DNA of 64,000 nucleotides from a virus (Duplodnaviria; Caudoviricetes), in the IMG/VR virus record IMGVR_UViG_2630968332_000001, positions 32,001 to 96,000 of that record, one strand, 5' to 3'. The notes beneath the pieces are model-generated. The model had not been told where the DNA came from. It made no database searches and saw only the letters and a program-made list of their open reading frames with translations. This document shows positions 58,801 through 64,000 of the stretch, one piece after another (within the stretch, counting starts at the first letter, position 1; the number at the start of each line of letters is the position of its first letter). A program made the translations under genes and the position numbers.

Positions 58801-61800
58801 CTAATACCAACAGAAGGGTTTTTCTTTGTTACAGTCACTGTTTCAGATTTTGTAACACTAATTGACACACTCTTTTCTGATGGAATACTATTAACAGCAT
58901 TAGCTACGTTTGTCGCTGCAGCTGCGGCTGCCTCTGCACCAGTAACACTAATAACCGTATCGTGTTTTGGTGGAATTGAGTCAATCGCACTCTTAACAGT
59001 ATCAATAACAGAACTTGCTTGGTCGTCAGCGGTGATGGTTACTTCTGCCTTAAGTCCTTGTACCGAACTTTGAATACTAGATATTGTTGAGGCTGTATCA
59101 TCTTTGGCTGTAATACTAATTTGAGCCTTAACACCAGTGATTTTACTCTTGATACCTGAAATTGTATCACCAGTCTTATCTTCTGCAGTAATAGGTATCT
59201 TAGCCTTGATATTTTGAACCTTAGATTTAATCTTGCTTATACCATCACCAGTTTTGTCTTCGGCAGTAACAGGTATCTTTATCTTTTGCCCCTTACCTTT
59301 GGACTTAATCTTATCCATCGTACCTTTAGTTTTATCTTCACCTTTGATAGGGACTTTGATATTTGCTTTTTTGCCTTTAGATTTAATTTTGCTAAGCGTA
59401 TCCTTAGTTTTATCCTCGCCTTTAATAGGTACTTTAATATTAGACTTTTTACCCTTAGACTTAATTTTATTAAGTGTATCTTTAGTCTTATCTTCGCCCT
59501 TGATAGGTACTTTAATAGCCTTTTGTTTACTGTTAGATTTGGCTTTACTTGATGAAGACTTGGAACTAGACTTACTACTCTTTTTCTTGGCCGCCTGTGC
59601 CTCAATCTTAGCTTCTTCATTTAACTTCTTAGCTAAATTACGCTTTTCTTTAGCAGATAACTTACCGTCATTATTCTTATCGGCTGCGTTGTACTTCTTG
59701 GCAAGTCTTTCCATTTCTTTTTGTCTAGCTTGAAGATTACGTTTTTCCTTAGCTGTTAGCTTGCCACCCTTTGAGTCGCTGAGCTTGTGCATTTTGCCAT
59801 TTTCGTCTAAATAATCTTTCTTATTAGACTTCTTGGATTTACTAGACTTATTAGACTTTGTATCTTCCTTGTCTTCTTTTTTCTTGTTCTTTTTATTTTC
59901 GGATTGTTTACCTTTATTTTCAGCAGCAGCTTTTCTCTTACCTAGTTCTTCATATTTCTTTTGTTCAGACTTGCTTAGCTTACCGTCACCGTTCTTATCA
60001 GCTTTATTGAAATTCTTAACAGCTTTTTGATAATTGTCGTAGGCTGTTTTATCATCTTTCTTTAATTGTGCCAACTGTTTCTTTGTTAAAGCTGAATATT
60101 GCCCATTCTTCATGGCTTTGAGTGCCTTATTAGCGGCTTGCATACTCTTCGTATTCTTTAATTCATCAGCTTCTACTGTTGGAATTATGCCAGGTGCTGT
60201 AATTTTGTCGTTTTTCTTATCGTTCTTACTACCCTTGCCGCCTTTATTACCTTTTCCACCTTTGCCACGCTTACTATTACTACTTGAGCTAGAACTAGAA
60301 CTATCATCATCAACAGCACCTTTTTTAGTGCTACCGTCTTTCTTGATGTTCTTATCTACCCATTTATTAGCAGACTTGCTATCAAACCCCATTCTCTTTA
60401 AATAGTCTTTTAACATTGATTTGCTACCCATAGCTTCTGCTAAATCGGACATTGCCTTCTTATCAGCTTTTGAACTAAAACCATTATTTAATTGTTTTCT
60501 GGCTTTTTCATAGATTTTACCTTGCTTGTCTAATGCAGCTATATCACCTTGATATACCCCATTTTCTTTCATTTCTGCTTTAGCAAGGTCATAGTTCCCT
60601 TTATTATTCTTCATATAATCATTGAAGACTTTTTTAGCGTCTTTGGACTTACTATTAAATTTGCCACCATCTAAATTAGATTGGTAACGTCCTGTTTGAT
60701 GATAGTCAGCTTTTCCACTAACTAAGTCTTGCAATAGTCCTAATGGATTGCTTGAGCCTTGCACACCTTGTAAGTTAGTCAATAACTTAGATAAATCTAC
60801 TTGTCCGTCTTTGTCAGCAATATGGAGATTTTTAAGGTTCTTACTACCCAAAGCGTTGATTTGAGAAATCTTAGATGTATCTACTATTCCATCACCATCA
60901 ACTAAAGCCCTAGAAGCAGCTGTCGTACGACCATTCTTTGAATTGAACTTATCTATGTTGCCTTGCATACTTTGCATGACTTTATTCCATGATTTGCCAT
61001 ACTGTGCCTCAAACATGGCAGATAAGCCCAACATTGATTTACCAAATTCACCTTCACGACCCATTAAAGAGATATACTTCTTATTATCTCCGCTTTCGTA
61101 AGCGTCCTCAATTTCTTTCTTACGCTTCTTACCAATGCCACGTGTTGTTAGTAAATCATCAAGATTTTGTTTTGCTCTAGTATAATCATCAGAATTTTTA
61201 TTTCTAGCTTGATTAAACTTATCTCTTTCGTCTTGAGTCCATTTGCTAGTGTCTTTTCTAACAGATATACCCATATCGTTAAGTCTTCTAGCTTCACCTT
61301 TGGTTAATTTCTCACCGTTTTGTTGTTTCTTATTTATCTCATCTAGGAAACTAGCTTCTTGTTTTCTGTTACGTAAGATTTGACCTGTTGCTATTGTAGC
61401 TTGTTGTAGTGTATTTTTATCCCAACCCTTGTAGTCATCTTTACTAAAGTTGCCAGAGTCAATACTCTTACCCATTCCACGAATATTGGAACGAATATTT
61501 TTTTGAATCGCAGCATTTTCCGCCTCAATCTTGCGTCCATCTTTCGACATCCATGCTGCATTTTCAGCATTACGCATATCTTCGTCATACTCTTTTTGAG
61601 TTATGTTTTTATTGGCGAGATTATACCTATCTGTATCCCTTGTTTTTACATACTTGTCATTTCCCTCGTATAGTTGCTTGGTTTTATTCTTACTTGATAC
61701 ATCATTTAATTTGCTAGATTCTTTTTTATTGTCTTTAGCCCCTTTAACAATCTTATTGTTGTTAATTTCCTTTATATCAGCCAAGACGTCTTTCAGTTGG

Positions 61801-64000
61801 TCTTTTATAACATCAAGGTTGTTGGACTCAACATCAATATGAAGATGATATTTTTTATTAACATCTTTTATGAAGTCTTTATATTTCTGGTAGTTCTCGT
61901 CATTTAATTTGTTATTTGCTACTTCATCATAACTAGCATTATTAACAGCGTCTGAAAGACTTTCGCCAGACTTCTTAACACTAATTGCAGCACCGTTAAA
62001 TACAGGATTGTTATTTATTCCACTTTGTATTTTATCTACTTGTTTCGCTGTTGTATCTAACGCTTTGTTTAAATCATCAGACGCAGCTTTAGTTGGATTA
62101 ATAGCTCTTCTAATGCTTTCAAATGGCTTAGCACCTGTCAATTCCAGTAAGGTCATTCCGATAGCTATACCATCTAAAATTACACCTATAGGCCCAAGTA
62201 CACCACTTACCAAACTTGCAGCCGCAGCCATTTTACCCATTCCACTGGCTACTTTACCACCAACTCTTGATAAGCCACCTATTCTACCTTCGGCACGATA
62301 TGATACATTGCCAAGATTATCTACTTCTTTTGCTACATTCCCTATACTTCTGGACTCAGTAGCTAAGTCACCTTTAACTTTTCTCTTACCTATTTTTGAC
62401 TTGTTTCTATTTAATGAGTATCTTTCTCTACGACTTGCTGCTATATCTGCACTTTCTTCTGCTACATCTGCGGCATTAGCAACAGCATTTGCCATTTTAT
62501 TTCTTTCTGCTACATGTCTTGTTTCTCTATCTGGTTTCTTGCCGATACCCAACTGTCTTTTTCTTTCGTTCATATCGGCAGTCCAGTTCTTCCACGTTTC
62601 ACCACTTAAGAGCGATGTTAAATTATCCCACTTAGCAGCAGTAACTTCTCTAGCAGCACTAGCCAACCCACTTAGAGCCTTATGGAATGCCCCAATGGCG
62701 ACAATAGCACCAGTAAACATTGCAGTGCCTCTAAATATCTTATTATTAGCTAAACTATCTAGCACATTAACTACTGATGTGCCAGTATCAACAATCTTAT
62801 TTAAACCTTCACGTCCACCAACAACGTCATTTAACATTTGTGTCCATGAGTTCTTTAATGTAGCCAGATGGAATTGGACTGATTGTTGTTGTTTCTCAAA
62901 TTCTTGGAAAGCAGAACCGTGGTCTTTATCAACTAAACTTACCTGACCTTGTGACTCACGCATAGCCTTTTGAACTGTTTTCCAATTATCTAGCATACCT
63001 GTAAATTGGTTGGAATGTTCCTTACCAGCAGCATATAAAGCAGCGTCAGATTTTTGTTGTTTACTTAACTTGCCCCATACCTTAGATAAATCATTCATAA
63101 TTTGATATGTGGATTTCATCTTTCCATCAGATGTCTTTAAATCAACACCTAATCCATGAAAGAACTCGGAACGTTTCTTATCTGTTGCTGTAACACCAGA
63201 ACTCATCTTAGAGAAGTTAAGTGAGATTGCCTTGATAGAACGTCCAACAACATCACCACCAGCACGAGTAGCTTCTTGAGCACCAGTAATCATACCAGTT
63301 AACTGACTAAATGTAGTACCCGTACTTGCTACAACAGAACTGGCTTTAGAATATGCTTGACCCAAATCTTCCATTTCAATAGCGTTCTTGTTAGAAACTT
63401 GGTTCATACTATTGATAATATCTTTAGATTTAAGCCCTTCTTTTCTAAATGAGTTCAATGGAACAGCCATGTACTTAACCATATCATTAACATCTACGTT
63501 ACCAACGAAAGAACCCATAACAGAGTCTTTAGCCAAGCCAATAGATTGTTTTAATGATTTACCAGTTGTAATCCATTGTTCAACAGCGTCAGCATACTCT
63601 GGAGCTGTCTTACCTACTGCACTAGCATTCTTATAGATTGATTTAGTAAATGCGTCTATATCTTTTTGTGGTGCATTAGCAACTTTAGTAACACGAGTAA
63701 TAGCAGCGTCAACTTCGCTTAATGCAGAAACAGCACTAGCAACAGCATAAGCACCTTGTTGTGCCATGTTGTAAACGTCCATTGTTGCATTAAACCCAAT
63801 ACGAGTTTTACGTTGTTTCCTTGCTTGAACTCTGGTTGTACCCAATTCTTCTGACAAAGCATTAACTCTACGGTCATGAGCCGCACTTTGATACCCATTA
63901 TCACGTATTTGCTTGCGAATAGAGGCTTCCTTTTCACGTTCTTCTGCTAATTGTCTACGTGTATTACGCTTAGCAGCAGTATCAGTAGCTCTAGCCAATT
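55827..64000 (-). CDS. Tail tape measure protein (5' end outside window)
   Basis: More than 2700 aa, TP901-type core (EDLGQAYSKASS, VGRSIKAIS, AAGKEHSNQF), long coiled coils. Confidence 0.9.
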   Translation of the reverse strand, partial: LARATDTAAKRNTRRQLAEEREKEASIRKQIRDNGYQSAAHDRRVNALSEELGTTRVQARKQRKTRIGFNATMDVYNMAQQGAYAVASAVSALSEVDAAITRVTKVANAPQKDIDAFTKSIYKNASAVGKTAPEYADAVEQWITTGKSLKQSIGLAKDSVMGSFVGNVDVNDMVKYMAVPLNSFRKEGLKSKDIINSMNQVSNKNAIEMEDLGQAYSKASSVVASTGTTFSQLTGMITGAQEATRAGGDVVGRSIKAISLNFSKMSSGVTATDKKRSEFFHGLGVDLKTSDGKMKSTYQIMNDLSKVWGKLSKQQKSDAALYAAGKEHSNQFTGMLDNWKTVQKAMRESQGQVSLVDKDHGSAFQEFEKQQQSVQFHLATLKNSWTQMLNDVVGGREGLNKIVDTGTSVVNVLDSLANNKIFRGTAMFTGAIVAIGAFHKALSGLASAAREVTAAKWDNLTSLLSGETWKNWTADMNERKRQLGIGKKPDRETRHVAERNKMANAVANAADVAEESADIAASRRERYSLNRNKSKIGKRKVKGDLATESRSIGNVAKEVDNLGNVSYRAEGRIGGLSRVGGKVASGMGKMAAAASLVSGVLGPIGVILDGIAIGMTLLELTGAKPFESIRRAINPTKAASDDLNKALDTTAKQVDKIQSGINNNPVFNGAAISVKKSGESLSDAVNNASYDEVANNKLNDENYQKYKDFIKDVNKKYHLHIDVESNNLDVIKDQLKDVLADIKEINNNKIVKGAKDNKKESSKLNDVSSKNKTKQLYEGNDKYVKTRDTDRYNLANKNITQKEYDEDMRNAENAAWMSKDGRKIEAENAAIQKNIRSNIRGMGKSIDSGNFSKDDYKGWDKNTLQQATIATGQILRNRKQEASFLDEINKKQQNGEKLTKGEARRLNDMGISVRKDTSKWTQDERDKFNQARNKNSDDYTRAKQNLDDLLTTRGIGKKRKKEIEDAYESGDNKKYISLMGREGEFGKSMLGLSAMFEAQYGKSWNKVMQSMQGNIDKFNSKNGRTTAASRALVDGDGIVDTSKISQINALGSKNLKNLHIADKDGQVDLSKLLTNLQGVQGSSNPLGLLQDLVSGKADYHQTGRYQSNLDGGKFNSKSKDAKKVFNDYMKNNKGNYDLAKAEMKENGVYQGDIAALDKQGKIYEKARKQLNNGFSSKADKKAMSDLAEAMGSKSMLKDYLKRMGFDSKSANKWVDKNIKKDGSTKKGAVDDDSSSSSSSSNSKRGKGGKGNKGGKGSKNDKKNDKITAPGIIPTVEADELKNTKSMQAANKALKAMKNGQYSALTKKQLAQLKKDDKTAYDNYQKAVKNFNKADKNGDGKLSKSEQKKYEELGKRKAAAENKGKQSENKKNKKKEDKEDTKSNKSSKSKKSNKKDYLDENGKMHKLSDSKGGKLTAKEKRNLQARQKEMERLAKKYNAADKNNDGKLSAKEKRNLAKKLNEEAKIEAQAAKKKSSKSSSKSSSSKAKSNSKQKAIKVPIKGEDKTKDTLNKIKSKGKKSNIKVPIKGEDKTKDTLSKIKSKGKKANIKVPIKGEDKTKGTMDKIKSKGKGQKIKIPVTAEDKTGDGISKIKSKVQNIKAKIPITAEDKTGDTISGIKSKITGVKAQISITAKDDTASTISSIQSSVQGLKAEVTITADDQASSVIDTVKSAIDSIPPKHDTVISVTGAEAAAAAATNVANAVNSIPSEKSVSISVTKSETVTVTKKNPSVGISSSLGILGNVDASYAVNPNPFRSMSVATDNPDVVSAMNGTAANMGIRDYSDASDDTKVNEDYWRYMGKELYKGLPLDEQASKLENAVTQADEDMNKLINIARQKIDVDRKQLAYQNEMRGAYQNQLNDVMGKLRGYGFRTNGNQITNLDIAKNFKGDKASKVDELLSTYQNVYQNLSDVTKKIDELNTDIWQQNKNIQDYQEEIESQAIEKAQRELEMVQRSVEYSKNLADRVIDSLSEKDYAMKLGFSAKEINEQSAGLEKLIGQFNELSAMTFSKKEQAEKIEDSLNDLRQTILDTADSVLELQNNMKQAEIDQYTENLTSFTDTINNNIDRLKSNVQQLQDGLLSGTTFDDLLSSNLAVTDFEQQSALSRQMQQRIDLEKQLDSAMDAFAKKNVDRQNNVAAAQLRVEQNKYAQMLNLAKDYAKGYVGEINTKFATYATPTGQANLNDITIGGGQRSVEYTKAMVKYQDELVKLREEYNKQLKAAANDEQRSRINQKFAVQQMDMQRELYQQIINSNLQAIDDMQKKLKTEDLTTEQRQTLKESIAQYEKDNIDAQNNIKDIIKERFEYENTLIQDQLDKYQKVTDTVSNLVTLAKTLQMQPATQAKLLEQQYKSIEKQYNTYIALANKLREQQSGYGVNSFEWNTLQKQIDEMDSRVNQSIADLLEASRSQFENTMEATSKEFEKSINGGRTADRTKFEDDIWIDGVSKQLKLEQLRQKSIELENEVVKKRIEALDAQSRMSKIQADYVDKQIDVLNAQQALDNTLGKRDTKVLTQGEDGKFNWTYMANQDDVDTARENLTQAKVDMEDYKKQMKSQFVDAVEKVIDGAKTGELNIDEVKTRLQQLQDAYGVGILDDIPEYNAGQLENIIQQYTDYVNRNKDILGKYGDSKAVGSLTGYQEILQGFTDQFKVVGKEISEMFGQQLRDALKLDPNLSPRIPNAPTQTLSMVIQHQTLEFPNVTDPTGFEEAIKNLPQIAKQQVQSKSL
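58900..59520 (-). repeat. In-frame ~78-bp (26-aa) tandem repeats in tape measure
   Basis: IKVPIKGEDKTKDTL.KIKSKGKK units degenerating into ITAEDKT/ITADDQA. Confidence 0.8.

Noticed and set aside
62008-62946. 312-aa plus-strand ORF and other antisense ORFs within long genes
   Set aside because: Shadow frames of the tape measure and other minus-strand genes.

Overview
AT-rich 64-kb segment of a large tailed phage or phage-plasmid of lactobacilli. The host is inferred from Lactobacillus-type NDT, dNK, PnuC, PgpA and a GH25-LysM lysin. Positions 1-18.35 kb are transcribed on +: DnaB-like helicase end, RecD2, PnuC, small paralogous ORFs, NrdH, a 4.3-kb RNA-rich island, dNK, NDT and a tyrosine recombinase. 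Positions 18.6-64 kb are transcribed on -: tdk, MazG-like, five DNA MTases, pgpA, IS607 TnpB, ATP-dependent ligase, DnaE, exonuclease, primase, lysin, a Zn-ribbon endonuclease, tail and baseplate genes, and the tape measure. The two arms converge at a dif-like site (18415-18442). Highlight: an intact solo IS200/IS605 TnpB (11501-12757) whose omega-RNA-like scaffold runs directly into a 4-repeat CRISPR-like mini-array (12939-13155), with no cas genes in the window. The scaffold carries two segments complementary to the repeat 3' end. Spacer 1 encodes a tyrosine-recombinase active-site motif, and spacer 3 matches a conserved promoter-leader motif of this phage family, suggesting a TnpB-CRISPR anti-competitor system. 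Also seen: anticodon-less tRNA mimics, stem-bracketed anti-SD RNAs, a large structured RNA, two type I toxin-antitoxin loci, poly-G tracts in MTases, and frequent non-canonical start codons. All calls are from reading the sequence; no database searches were run.
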